From Camelus ferus (Eukaryota), in contig NC_045697.1 in assembly GCF_009834535.1 (NCBI RefSeq), positions 73,410,001 through 73,474,000 of the forward strand: a DNA stretch of 64,000 bases, given 5' to 3'. Both the position numbers and the translations under genes were made by a program. Shown piece after piece: positions 12,261 to 25,580 of the stretch. Under the pieces are notes generated by a model that saw only the letters and a list, made by a program, of their open reading frames with translations, had not been told where the DNA came from and did not search any database. Positions within the stretch are counted from its first letter, which is position 1, and every line of letters starts with the position of its first letter.

Positions 12261-12519
12261 TTATTGATCTTACCCCAACATAACTCTTGAGATTAGGGAA
12301 AGTTTTCTCATGACATAGAAAAATGCAATTTAAAGTAAGAAATAAAGTGGTTTCATCAATACTGCTGCATTGAAATAAGACAGTAAAAGAAGTGGAAAAG
12401 TTGCTACTTCTCCGAGAAGAAACTGAAAGGCATACCTTCTCACCCTATAAAGACATGATACACTGAAATATTGACAGGGGTCAGGCAGACAACATAAATG
12501 ATTAAAGCAGATGTATATC

Positions 12520-12965
12520 CAGGTTCCAGGCTTGTTTGCCTTCAGATATCTAGGCCTTCCTTTCCTTGCTCTGCTCTGTACCATAGAAGGGTTCATCCCT
12601 GCAGGATGCATTCCCCAGTCTCCTCGGTCAGCTGGCTTCCTGCAAGGTGAAGTCAACAGTGGGCCAGAAGGCAAAGGTAAAGAGGGAAGCCAAGTTATCC
12701 CCGCCCTCTTTGCCTCTAACAGCTTCTCCAGCAACAGCGGCTTCTCCTATGGTTCCAGTACCTGTGAGTAGCCATGGCCCCTGGGCTCCTACAACACTCT
12801 CTCCTTTTTCTCTCCAGCCAAGTGGTAGAAACAGCTCCTTGCTATGTCAGTCTCTGGTTTGCTTCACATTTCCATGATTCTCTCCTCTACTCCATCACCT
12901 GTGTCACTAGTTTCCTATGTTACAGTTCTGGTTTCTCTATTCCTGGTTAGACTCTGACCGATGGA
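12520..12965 (+). mobile_element. ERVL-class solo LTR (LTR33-like)
   Basis: TGTTTGCCTTCAGATATC start, TTCCTGGTTAGACTCTGACCGAT end. Related in reverse orientation to 19502-19947. Confidence 0.6.
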
Positions 12966-13349
12966 ATCTATAAGCTGAGACACAAGAATAGCTGACAAGA
13001 TTCCAGGAATGGTGGGAACCTTCTGGCCACCTGCTCCTCGCCTATGGTCAGTTGGCATATTGTAGGAGCACGGATGTAGTATGGTCAAAAACTTTCCAAA
13101 TTTTCACAAGAAGCTGAACATTCAGATTTTTACATAAAATCTGCTGTCTAGAAAACATTGGCAGCTAATTGAAAAGATTGCTGGCCAAATTAAACATCTC
13201 TGCAGACCCCATATAACTTGAAGGTTAGAAATGTATAACTTCCACTTACAACTTATGTAACAGTTTATTACTTTTTTCTCAGTGTGAAGTCTTCTGCCAG
13301 GCTTATGTACAGAGAACCCCACAGCCATTCTACGAAAAATTCATTTCTC

Positions 13350-13750
13350 TACTGTATTTCTTTAGGTAATGCTAGGTACTCTAACAAATAAATCCCCCAA
13401 TATTAGTGCCTTAACACAACAGAAATTTCCTTCTCATTCATGTAATAGTTTGGTGCAATTGTTCCCTTTCGGCCAGAGGCTTTTCCCTACACAGGCATCC
13501 AGGTTTACGAGGATTATGTCTCTACCATCTCCTGGGGCCTGAAGTCCTCTGCATCCAACCGGCAGGCGGGGAAGAGAGAGTGGAGAAGGCTTGCCCACTG
13601 ATAACCATCTTGGCATACATCCCTTTGGAGAGAGCTAGTCACACGGCCACACCTAAAGGAATATTGCCTTGGCTGGGCAGCTGTTTTCCAGTCCCAGGTC
13701 TACACTGTAGGAAAAGTGTGACTTCCAGTGTACAGATAGCTGCGACTGCC
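13350..13750 (-). mobile_element. MaLR LTR (MLT1-like)
   Basis: TAACAAATAAATCCCCCAATATTAGTGCCTTAACACAACAGAAATTT...GCTAGTCACACGGCCACACCTA. Confidence 0.6.
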
Positions 13751-14455
13751 ACTCCCACCCTGCCTATCGACAAGGCAATAAGTGAAACTGTCTGAACAGG
13801 AGCCTCACATAAGAAGAAATCCACACTGATAAATATTTTGACTATATAAACAGAAGGAATTAGGATAATCAAGGTATCTTCAACTGTGGGCTCTAGTGAA
13901 TAAAAATAGCCAGGAAAAGGGCTAGACAGACATATAAATCTCATTACAGCACAGTTTAGTGAGTATTAGCATTCCTATTAGACTCTGTGAAACCTGAGGT
14001 CTGGAAATGTTTTAAATAACTTGTCCAAAGAATCATAACCAACAATTACGCTCATCCCAGAACATGCTATTTTGGAATTCCCTCAGACAGTTGCTTTTAG
14101 ATGGGGTTTATCCTATTGCAATAAAGTAACTTTTATGGCCTTCCATGGAGACAAGCAAAACAGAATAGGAAGATAATTCGGGGAGAGGCAAAAGGGAGAG
14201 TTGAGTTTGAATTTCTTATCTCATGTGGTTGAGTCCTTGGGTTGAGCTAACCCACAGAGTAATTTGGTTATTTACTTAATGCACTGAGTGACCTACAATC
14301 GTCATAATTTTTGAGGGAAAATGTGGGGAGAGCCGTAACTTAGTGACTTAGTGCTACTGAACACGCTGATCTGTGATCTGGAATTAATCAGCATTGAAAA
14401 TGAAGCACCACCAAGCTGCTGAATTCATACATTGATTATTGCAAGAAACATTTTC

Positions 14456-14656
14456 TTTTTTAATTATTATTGTTTTTGTATTGAAGTATAGTCAATTTAC
14501 AATGCTGCATCAATTTCTGGTGTACAGCATAATGTTTCAGTCATCCATATACATACATATATTCCTTTTCAAATTCCTTTTCATTATGGGTTACTACAAG
14601 ATATTGAATATAGTTCCCTGTGATATAAAGTAGAAACTTGTTGTTTATTTTATATG
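14456..14656 (-). mobile_element. L1 3' end with target-site duplication, inserted in an L2 fragment
   Basis: Antisense L1 3'UTR (TTGAAGTATAGTCAATTTACAATG...). TSD AGAAACATTTTC (14444-14455) and AGAAATATTTTC (14657-14668). Confidence 0.85.
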
Positions 14657-14739
14657 AGAAATATTTTCAAGTGCCTAGGCTATATTACTCACCGTGGTAG
14701 ATGCCAAGAACACAAGAAAGAAGAATAAATACTAACTAT

Positions 14740-14930
14740 GAATTGAATACGTACTTTAAGCCAAGTGCTTTTACGTGTATTATCAAATATCATCTTTACT
14801 GTGATACTTCACGGTAAGCGATACTATCAACAAGTTTTATTTCCACTCTTTGATCTTTCCCACGTGTACACAGCTGGTTTGAAGAAGTTCTAACTTGGAG
14901 TTACAGCAGTCTGACTCTACAGATTGTCCT
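14740..14930 (-). mobile_element. MIR SINE (degenerate)
   Basis: CCAAGTGCTTTTACGTGTATTATC...GCAGTCTGACTCTACAG. Confidence 0.55.
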
Positions 14931-15549
14931 CTTCCTGTTGTGATATCCACACCCTCCCTGGCTTTTGGAAAGAGTAAAATGTTTATGATCAAGTAGGTGA
15001 CATTTTAGCAGGGAGAGAAACAAGTGAACAGTTATAAAACAATGAAGAAAATGCTATTGCTCTAGGTTTATTTTAATGCTTTACTCGTTATGTTTATTAT
15101 GTTTATACCATAGCTGATTCAATAGTCCACAGCTTTGCACACAGGCTTTCTTTCTTAGCCATATCCCAAGGCCACTTTTTATAACGTGTAGAAAGCACAT
15201 GTTCAAGAAATGTGTTTACCAAAGTAGCTGTGTCCCATGGGTGAAAGAAGGATGATGGGGTCATCTCTGACACCTGCAGCTCATGTAAATTTGAAGGAGA
15301 TTGAAACATTTACAGCTATCTTTAAAATGTGGCAGTAGTTATCATATATTTTGTGAATATATGTATGTGGATTTGTATCTATGAACAAAGAACCCAGGAT
15401 AACCTGAAATCTGAAATTTGTAAGACTTAAAAATAAAAAATACTTGTATTTTAGTAATGCATTTTATGCTATCTTAATGTCCAACTTTTATTCACATTTT
15501 AAAAAATGTTTGATCTTTCTACTAGGAGAAATTGCACAATGAATTCAAT

Positions 15550-15790
15550 AATAACAACTAGCACTTATATAGTTCTTACTATGTGTGAAGTAGTGAAAAT
15601 GTGCTTTTCAAGTGTTTTATACATATTGTCTCATTTACTACATCACACTTTTGAGGAAACTCGTATGATTACTCCTTATTTACAGAGGAAGAAAGAAGCT
15701 AAACAACTTGCCTGAAGTCACACAGATTCTAAGTGGCAGAACTCCAACTGAAGTTCTACAGCGCGCGCTTCTGCTCCTCACCCTGTGGCC
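15550..15790 (-). mobile_element. MIR SINE
   Basis: TTATTTACAGAGGAAGAAAGAAGCT...AACTTGCCTGAAGTCACACAG. Confidence 0.75.
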
Positions 15791-16199
15791 GCACTGCCTC
15801 TCCAGGGGGCCGGAAGCGCGAGCTGTGTAGAGCGCTGTGGGGGCTAGGTCACCTCTCTCGATGACTCGGAATCTAACTGGAGAGCTACAATGCACCACCA
15901 TCTAAATTTATATCTGTGTTCAATTAATTTTAAGGAAATACCATATAACAGATACTGAATTATCACTGTTAATGGAATAAGTGAGAAAGATCAGAGAAAG
16001 GGAAGGGGGACAGGTTAGTTTTTATTGCCCGTATACGTTAAACACAGAAACTATTTTGATTCATACAAATTGCATGACAGTCTAATGAAATATTATGAGC
16101 ACCCCTCATTTTACAGATGGAGGTGAAGGAACATGTCCAAACCCATGTAGTCAGGAGGTGAGTGAAGTAAGGCAGCTGTACTTGAAGTCTATTCCATGG

Positions 16200-16366
16200 A
16201 CAAGCAGCATGAGCATCACTTGGGAGCTTGTTTAAAAATGCAAATTCCGAGGCCCAACCCAGACCTGTGGAATCAGACCCTTGGGACTTATGTTCAGAAA
16301 TTTGTGTTTCAATCAGCTTTCTAGGTGATTCTAAATGCACCTTCACCTTGAAGTCTGGAGAGCACC
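16200..16366. mobile_element. MER5A-like hAT/Charlie DNA transposon
   Basis: GCATCACTTGGGAGCTTGTTTAAAAATGCAAATTCCGAGGCCCAACCCAGACC...CTAGGTGATTCTAAATGCAC. A MIR fragment lies just upstream (about 16100-16190). Confidence 0.8.
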
Positions 16367-17729
16367 TGGCTAAGGTCTGTGTTGATTGTGAGATCCGTGT
16401 GAGGGCAAACCTCACATCTTTGCCACTGCAGCATGCTGGGACCTGGACTAGTTGAGAGAGTTTTATGAAGGAAATAAAGATAAGAGCTGTTCTTTGAAGG
16501 ATTCGTGAAATATGCGTCAGTAGAAAGGAAAGAGGAGGCATTACAGGAGGGGCCGTTTACTGGGCATGTCACTCGTGATGGCTGTCCTGTTTATCTCCCC
16601 CTAGCTTTAACTGTTGCACCCCAAAGCCTTATTAAAATTACTTATTGGACTAAGGGCAGGTACTTGATACAAAAGTGGGATCGACAATCTTGTCAGTAAC
16701 CCATGGACAGACTTTGCATGAAGCGCTCTGCCAGCAATTAATTAACACTGGTAACTAACTAAGCCAACTATTTGGATTCAGACTATGGACTATGTAGGGG
16801 GAACCGTCAGTGGGTAGCAAGAACTATTGAACTTATATACAGGGAAAGGCAGTACAACATGAGAAAAACATAAAGACAAGCTTTTCTTTAGATCTTTTAT
16901 CCAGTATATTTTTTTTTGGCCAATTTTCACTTATGAGTATTCTTAAATTCCTTTTTTAGGTACCCTGAGTAAATATAATCTAAGATGAACCCTAATCCTT
17001 TATGTAACATAAGAAAAAGGCAAGGAGACTTGAGGAGCAAGGCATTTGGATGGTCAGCTGTGGAGCCCAATCTGAATGGGTGGAGGTCTTTTAGTCAGGA
17101 AGTAACAGGACACAGGGCTGGTAAGTCACTTCCCTAATCCCCTCCCTAAATTCCACTTCTCTTCTTGTGATTCTCACACAAACACACACCCACACCACCA
17201 TGCACCAACAGCACCACGCCAGGAGCATTAAAACCTTATAGTGCCAACTTCTTTCTAGCAAATTGCTTATCCCTAATAGCAAAGGCACTTCTTCCCCTAC
17301 AGAGGCCAACTTGTCCCAAGACAGTCAAACACTTGCTTCTCTTGCTCTTCAGATGCCGGGAAGTTGGTGTCTTTGACCACACAGAGCAGCCCTGCCCTAG
17401 ATATCAGGCTGCTTTGAAAAGCCTGTCTCAGCTCCTTTTCTTTGCCACTTTCCTATTTTACTGTCTCCCTTCATGCCAGCACAAGGCACAGAGATAAAAA
17501 CCATTCATGCCCAAGTATCTAAACATGGTAATAATGATATTCATAGTAAATATCACCTTTCTACAAGGTTGTTTAGAGGGTATAATGCGATTATGTGTGT
17601 GAATACAATTTGTAAATTGTTAAGTAGGTCTAGATTTTAATGGTCGTAATAAGATTACTTTTATTCATGGCTCCATTAGGTTTTAAAATTTTAAGTTGTG
17701 CTGGATTTGCATAGCTAGTAAAAGGGTTT

Positions 17730-18020
17730 GGACTTTACTTTCCAGTATCCTTAAAGATTTAAAGCAAGGTAGAGACAGGTTAGAAGCTGAGTGCTAGCAA
17801 TAAGTTATCTAGTCGTGATGCAGGGACTGGAGAGAGAAAGTTCTGAGACTGGAGGGTTAATGTAGGGGCTTACTATCCTGTACACAGGTATTTGGCCAAA
17901 AGGCTGAGTAGTGGTCATGGAAATGGAAAGGGAGGAATAGACTGATGAGGCATTTAGGCTGTGAAAACCATTAGTTTTTGGTGACTGATTGGTAAAGTAG
18001 AAAAGAGTCAAAGATGCTAT
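17730..18020 (-). mobile_element. L2 fragment
   Basis: GGTTTGGACTTTACT...GGTGACTGATTGG...GAGTCAAAGATG, antisense L2 motifs. Confidence 0.65.
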
Positions 18021-19501
18021 GTGGTAAACTGAATTACTCTGAATTTTACCTCATGTCTAAGCTAAATTTTAGGTTTCCTTTGTTGGTGGGTATCCTCCTA
18101 CAGGATCTTTATAACGTTCTTTTATTATTTTCAATGCATACTTTTGGATCCTTGGACACTTTTATTACTGCATAGGCCTTGTTTTCTACAATTTAGATCT
18201 GAATCGCTTTTTCACGATGAGGTCTTGATACGGTGCTGAGATACAGGGTCTTATTTTGTCTTTGAGGTCTCATGGAAGGTGACCCCTTAGCCAGACTCTC
18301 TGTGAAGGAACTGGGAAAGGAAATAAAACTAGCTGATCTCATCCTCCATCCTCTGCTTTTCAGTTTTTCAGTTCTACTATATTCCCCTCCATCTCAGCCT
18401 GTTAAAATTAGTGGTTCAAACATACAGCATCATGGGCAGCTACAGAGCTAGCACTGCAGTCCAGGCCTCAGAAAAAACTTAACCAATGTTTTCAATGGAA
18501 AGAACGAATCATGTCTTGTAACCACTCTGTGTGTATGTGTGTGTGAGACACCACAGTTTTACTCAACATAAATATTTGGGCTCCTTTTTCTCAAATTGAA
18601 GCATACAGAATTTCTATAATTCTGAGTGACAGCAGTTATCAGTTTATCTTAAAATACACTATATTTTCTATAAATGTTCTCTCTTTTCTAAAGTTAGCAA
18701 TTTAGCTTCATCCTGCTTTATTCCTTTCTTTAGGAAGGGATGGTGTTAAATGTCATCAAGTAAAATCAGGGGATTCATGCTGAGGTCCCCACATCGGTCA
18801 ATTTACATTTTGTAAGAACACCCTAAGTGGATATCGACTTCTTCTCTTAAAAAGTTAGATGGATCCATTTCAGTTGTGCACGGCCAGCTTCATGCTGTAA
18901 CGTGGCCAGATTGCCATAGCTTTAATGTGAGGCACAGGTTTCTGGTGATAATACACACCAACGCTTTTCCAGCATTGGCTGAGAACAGAGCTCTAAAGAA
19001 TCTGACTTGAGTCACGAGTAATGAAACATAAATGTGTGACCCCCAAACAGATGGATGAATCCTGCTAATGTTTTAATGTATTCAATGCTTTCTCAACTTA
19101 GACATATTTCCAGATAACATGACTAACTTTCTATATAACCCTTTAGTTGTATGATAAAAGGAAAAATTGCCCCGGGGGTCAAAAATCAAAACATGCTATC
19201 ACAAATAGCAACATTTGTTCTCCAAAATGTATAACTTGATTGCTTTCATATAGTTTAAAATGTCTCAAAATTAAATGTGCCTGATTTGTATAAAACTATT
19301 ATCAATATTAGAGTTTTAGATATCATAAATTAAAACTAGAGACACAAGTGTATCTAATTAATACTTATGTCATGACAGTATATGTGGAAATGCTGAGGAG
19401 TCACAATTTTTAAGAAATGTGTTATCTTTATACACTATTGTTTTCTGATTATTTCAGGTGAGATCAACTAGCCATGATTTATATTATGTGGATCTGATTA
19501 T

Positions 19502-19947
19502 TTGTGTTTCCATCAAGGTTCCAGCACTGAATTGGGATGACCATATAAAGGACAGGGTATAGGGAAATCACAAGCCAGAAGGTCATCCCTGAGAATGATG
19601 TTACCTCCCTGGGGACCTGAGGAGAAGTAGCTCTTACAGGAACTTAGCAGGAACAGGCAGGTCAGGCAAGGAGCACTGCCAAGAGAGGATCTGTGACTTC
19701 TTCACTTAGGAAAGTTGCCAACCCATGGTGACCCTGAACAGAAGGAGCCAGAAGAATAAGTACCCTGATCTCAGTCTCCTCCCCATCCCTGATCTCCTGC
19801 CAGGGCTCCTTATTGGGAGAACACCACCAGAAGCCAGAGGGCTGGGGACCACACAAGGTAATCCATATAGGTTAACACTTAGGGCAGAGAGCAACATGGA
19901 TAAAGGCGGATAGTGTATCTAGTTGGGCAAACAGATTTACTGCACAG
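19502..19947 (-). mobile_element. ERVL-class solo LTR (LTR33-like)
   Basis: CCACCAGAAGCCAGAGGG...GTGTATCTAGTTGGGCAAACAG, reverse complement of the family seen at 12520. Confidence 0.6.
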
Positions 19948-19989
19948 TGCAGTGAAAGAAATAATGATAAATTGTACCTATTTCATGCC

Positions 19990-22730
19990 TCATTTTATTT
20001 TCTCAGCTTTATTGAGATATACTTGACATACAACATTGTGTAAGTTTAAGGTGTGCAATGTGATGATTTGATACATATATTGCAAAATGATTACTACAGT
20101 AGGATTTGTTAACACCTCCATCCCCTCACATAATTTCCATTTCTTTTTTGTTGTGAGACCGTTTAAAATCCACTCTGTTAGCAACTTTCATGTGTGTAAC
20201 ATAACATTGTTAACTAGTCACCATGCTATACATGAGATCCTCAGAACTTATTCTTACAATTGAAAGTTTGTCCAACATCTCTCCATTTCCCCCATGCCCT
20301 GCCCTTAGCAACCACCATTCTAGCCTCTGTTTCTGAGTTAACCTTTAAAAAATTCAACCTAAAAGTGAGATCATATGGTATTTTCTCTCTCTGACTTATT
20401 TCACTTAGCATAATGCCTTCAAGGTCCATTCACATGTCAGGGTTTCCTTTATTCTCGTGGCCAAACAATATTACATTGTATACACATACCTAATCTTTTT
20501 TAACTGTTCATCTGTTGACAGCCACTTAGGTTGTTTCCATATGTTGGATAGTGTAAATAATGCTGCAGTGAATACAAGAATACAGATATCTCTTCAAGAC
20601 ACTGACTTCATTTCATATGTCAAAGTATATATCCAAGTAGTAGGATTGCTGGGTCACATGGTAGTTCTACTTTTAATTTTTTGCGGACCTCCATAGTGTT
20701 TTCCATTATGGCTGTACCGATTTACCCTCCCACCAACAATGCACATGATCTCCCTTTCCCCTACAGCCTTGCCAACATTTGTTATCTCTTGTCTTTTTGA
20801 TAATAACAGTTCTAACAGGTATGAGGTGATATGGATTTGCATTTCCCTGATGATTAATGATGTTAAGCATGTTTTCATGTGCCTATTGGACATTTGTATG
20901 TCATCTTTGGGAAAATGTCTGTTCAGTTCCTCTGCCTGTTTTTAAATCAGTTTTGTTTTTTTTTTTTTTTTTTTTTTTTGCTATTGAGTTATATGAGTTC
21001 CTAACAGTTTGGATATTACCCGCTTATCACATATCTGATTTACAGATTTTTTTCTCCCATTCCATAGGTTGCCTTTTCATTGTGGTGATTGTTTCCTTCA
21101 CTGTGAAGGAGCTTTTTAGTTTGATGTAGTCATGTTTGTTTATGCTTTTGTTGCCTGCACTTTTGATGTTATATACAACGTATTGTTGCCAGGACTAATG
21201 TCAAGGAGCATTTTCCCTTTCTTCTAGGAGTTTTATGGTTTCAGGTCTTATGTTTAAGTCTTTAATCTATTTCGAGTTAATTTTTTGTGAGTAATGTAAG
21301 ATAGAGATCCAATTTCATTGGATCCAATCAATCTGCATATGATTATTGAGTTTTCGCAAAATCATTTATTGAAGAGACTATCCTCTCTCCATTGGGTATT
21401 CTTGGCTCTCTTGTCAAATATTAGTTGACTATATATGTGAGGGTTTATTTCTGGGCTCTTAATTCTGTTCCATTGGTCTATGCATCCATTTTTATGCTAG
21501 AACCATACTGTTTTGATTACTACAGATTTGTAGTAGTTTGAAACCAAGAAGTGTGAGGTCTCCAGGATTGTCCTTTCTCATGATTGCTTTGGTTATACAG
21601 GGTCTTTTGTGGTTCCATATAAATTTAGGGATTTTTATTTTTATCTGCGAAAAATGAATTTGATTTTGATAAGGATTGCTTTGAATCTATAGATGGCTTT
21701 GGGTAGAATGGATATTTTAACTATATTAAGTCTTCCAATCCATGAACAACACATATCTTTTCATGTATTTGTGTTTTCTTCAATTTCTTTAATCAAAATT
21801 TTAGTTTTCAGTGTACAGTCTTTTATCTTCTTGGCTAAATTTATTCTTAAATATTTTATTGTTTTTGTGCTTTTGTGAATGAGATTTTCTTTATATCTTT
21901 TTCAGATAGTTCACTGTTTACAAAAATGCAACTGATTTCTTATGATGATTATTATCCTGTAATTAGTTATAACAGGTTTTTTTTTTTTTTTACAGAGTCT
22001 TTAGGATTTTCTATCTATAAGGTCATATTGCCTGCAAACAGACAATTTTACTTCTTTTTGATTTGGATGCCTTTCATTTACTTTTCCTTGCCTGATTATT
22101 CTGGCTAGGATTTCCATTACGATGTTGAATAGCAGTGGTGAGAGTAGGGACCCTTGTCCTATTGCTGATTTTAGAAAAAAAGCTTTTAACCCTTCACTGT
22201 TGATGTTAGCTGTCAGTTTGTCATATATGGCCTTTTTTATGTTGAAGTATGTTCCTTTTATACCCAATTTGTTGAGTTTTCATCATGAAAAGATGTGCAT
22301 TTTTTAAAAAATACTAGCCAGAACAATCAGGCAAGAAAAAGAAATGAAAGGCACCCAAATCAAAAGGAAGAAGTAAAACTGTCTTTGCAGACAATATGAT
22401 CTTTTATAACGTGTATTCATTAACAAGTTACTGTAGCTATATAACAGTATGATAGGATTCTGGTTTTGACTGTATATTTACTTTTAGCATGTGATGTATA
22501 TTTTCATATGTCTTCATGTTACTCATTAGCATCCTTTCATTTCAGCTTGAAAAAAATCCTTTCATTATTTCTTGTAAGGCATTTCTAGTAGTGACGAACT
22601 ACCTCCGCTTCTGTCTGGAAAGTCTTTATCTCTCCTTCATTTCTGAAGGACAAGTTTGCTAGATAGAGTGCTCTTGGTTGGTAGTTTTTCTTTTTCCTTC
22701 AGGACTTTGAATTTATCACTCCACTCTCTT
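19990..22730 (-). mobile_element. L1 LINE (older L1M-type), rearranged
   Basis: Minus-strand ORFs [21 protein letters not shown]...[24 protein letters not shown] (RT) and MDLEGIMLSEISQ (C-terminus). ORF1-like REWSDKFKVLKEK/LSFRNEGEIKTF at about 22620-22730. Confidence 0.92.
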
Positions 22731-23008
22731 TTCTCACACAGGAAAAAAATATCTTTCATCTCCATTCATTCAGAATGCTTTCTAGAAGACAGTGTCTTCT
22801 TAACCAGGGGATATTGTTGGTCCACTTCATTCTAGATCTCTGTAGCACAAAACACTGCAAACTAAGGTCATCTGAATATGAGAAAGGGTTTAACAAGGTT
22901 AGGATGAACAGGGCAGGAGTCAGAAACTAAAATGGGCAGTCTCACTGGCAAGCAGGTGGCTGCACTAGTAGACATACTCTCTCCTCCTTTGTGAGTGCCA
23001 ATACAGCA

Positions 23009-25580
23009 TGTATCAGTTACATTCTGCCACACTAATGCTGTTAAACAAGTCATTCCAAAACTCAGTGGCTTAAAACACAATAATCTGTTCTTTCTCAAAG
23101 AGCTGCAGGTAGGCTGGGGATCAACTAATCTAGATTGGACCCAACTAAATGGCTCTGCTTCAATCTGTATGTCTGGTTGGACTTGGTTCGCTTAGTTCAT
23201 TCTGGCTGAAGAGGCTGCAAGGATGCTCTTTTCATGGAGATGGCAGATATACAAAGAGGTCTAGTACAAAAATAATAATGCCACTTCAGGTCTAGGCTCA
23301 GAGTAGGCACACTGGACAATGCTTGCTCCAAAGAAATTGAACAGTGCAAGACACATGGCTAAGGTCAGAAACAAGGCATAGGAAAGAATTATCATGCTCC
23401 AGATAAGGTCATGGCAAGAATAGGGATGTGGAAAGGGATGAAAAATTGGAGATAAAGTTTCAGTCTACTACAATCTACCCTGCTCTGACCACAATTATTC
23501 ATTTGCAAAACATCCCCCATATAAAAACAAATCAAAACAAAAAAACCAGAAACAAACAAAAATCTCACCCTCTTCCCAGAATCATTAAAAGTCTCATGCC
23601 ACGTGACATAAGGCTCAACATCCAGGATCTTGCCATCAGCAGCAGTCCAGATGAGGCCTTTTTTGATCTGGAAACTTATCAACTAAAATGGCAAGTTACT
23701 TCCCCCAAACGCAACAGACACTACTGGAAGAGTGAAAGAATAATTGCAATAAACACTCCTATTTGAAAGGGGAAGAGGGAAGAATGAAATGCAGGCTTAT
23801 AGTAGGCATTGGACTATAAACATTTTGAAATCCCACTGGGAGAATGCTGCCAGGCACCCCTTTTTTGGAGATAGGGAGTGGTCTTAGATAAGATCCTAAT
23901 TCTGCTTCCAGGGGATGGTTCCCCAATCACTCACTCTCCAGGTTTGCTGTTCTGCCTTCTTGAATGGCCTTTCTCCTCAGTTATCCTCTTTGGCCATTTC
24001 TGAAAAGAATTTTGTCTCAAGTGCCCTTTATGGAAACCGACCAACTCTCTCAGACTGTTCCCTGCTGTAGACAGTTGGGAGCCCAGAGATCTTCCAACAT
24101 TTCCAGCAGGTCCAGCTCTCTCAGTCCTGGATTTCAGTACTTTGCCAACCAAATCTCTTAAAAGTGTCGTGCACTTTCTCTATTTTTTTCAATATATTTC
24201 ATGGGCCCCAAAACACAGACACAAGTTTCTTAAATGTCCACTTTTCCCCCTACTTGAAATCTTGGACCCATGAGGCTTCTGTGGGACTATGCCAGTAGAT
24301 TTTCTTACAGTGACTATCTTCCTACGTAGCAAATGCTTTATTTTGTGATTAAAAAAAAAAATTGCTCCTGAGGTTCAAAAAAGGTATCTACCAACAATAA
24401 AATGTTACTCTTCTAGAAATATATAAACTGATTCTTCTGTATAATTTGAAATAAATAATTATGTTAAAAATTAAGCTTGCCAGATTTATATAAAATTGTC
24501 AGTGTTTTTACATGTTATTGATAAACAGCTGAAAAAAAACAACAAGCTCTTTTTCCAGAAAACCTTCCTAAAGATGCCCTTTTTTTAGAGCTGAAAGAGA
24601 TCTACTAGGTACCAAATTAATACTTTCCAAAATCTTAACAAAAGTTCTGAAGGCCAAACTTTGATTTGTTCTATGTCCCAGGCAGTATGCTAATACTGAT
24701 TTAATTTTGCTCCCACTCTGTAACTTAATCTGAAAATCTTTTACTGACTGGAAAACTGACGAGGAGGAATGGTTTAACTTTCAAAGCCCACAATTTCTGG
24801 ATTTATAACATTCTGCTTACAAACTGGTAAATTCTTTTCCAATCTCTTTTAGAAATAGATTATATACAGCTCACCCTTTTTATAGTTTGCTTAGAAATCA
24901 TCTTGCCCAAGTCTACAGTTTGGTGAGGTCCATTTTTATCATCCAAGTTGTATGAGGTGGAAATCTCAATGTTTTGCCTCTTTGCCACATGAGTCATTAT
25001 TTTTCCAGGTATTTTTCAATTCCTTGCCATTTTCCCAGTCTTCACCCACCACTCAGTCTCAAATCCAATGGCTTGTACTTCATTTGTTTTACTTCCATCT
25101 GCACCCCACTTCCAGTACCAAGTTTGTATCAGTTAATTATTGCTACAGTGTTGTTGCTGAACAAACAACTTCAACTCAGAAGCTCAAAACAAGATAATCA
25201 TTTATTCTCAGAGATGTGAGGTAAGGCATGGCCTGGTGGCTCCTGCATTGAGCTGTAGGTCCAGGTAATCCTGACCGTCATTCAGGTCTACTCCACGTGT
25301 GATCACCCCAGGGCTCTGGCTGAAGGAATAATAGCTACACAGGGAAGCTTTTCTCTGATGGTGGCAGAGGTCCGAAGAGAATGGTGGAAACACCTGAGGC
25401 CCCTACAGCCTACTCTTGGAACTGGCACTGTGTTATTCCTTCCCCTACCTGCCATTGACCAAGGAAGTCCCTTAGCTAAGCCTAAAATCCAGTAACAAAG
25501 AAATATATACCACTCTTGATGAGGCCATGGCAGAATACTCATGCAGGGAAGGATTGGGGTCAATAATTTAAAATACCACA
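23009..25580 (-). mobile_element. Two-LTR MaLR provirus (MLT1 LTR - internal region - MLT1 LTR)
   Basis: LTRs at about 23009-23480 and 25125-25580 both start TGTATCAGTTA. The internal region abuts the second LTR with the MaLR-int signature GCACCCCACTTCCAGTACCAA. Confidence 0.75.

Noticed and set aside
16038..16541. Longest ORF in the track (167 aa)
   Set aside because: It runs through MER5A and MIR remnants and has no protein-like features or exon support.
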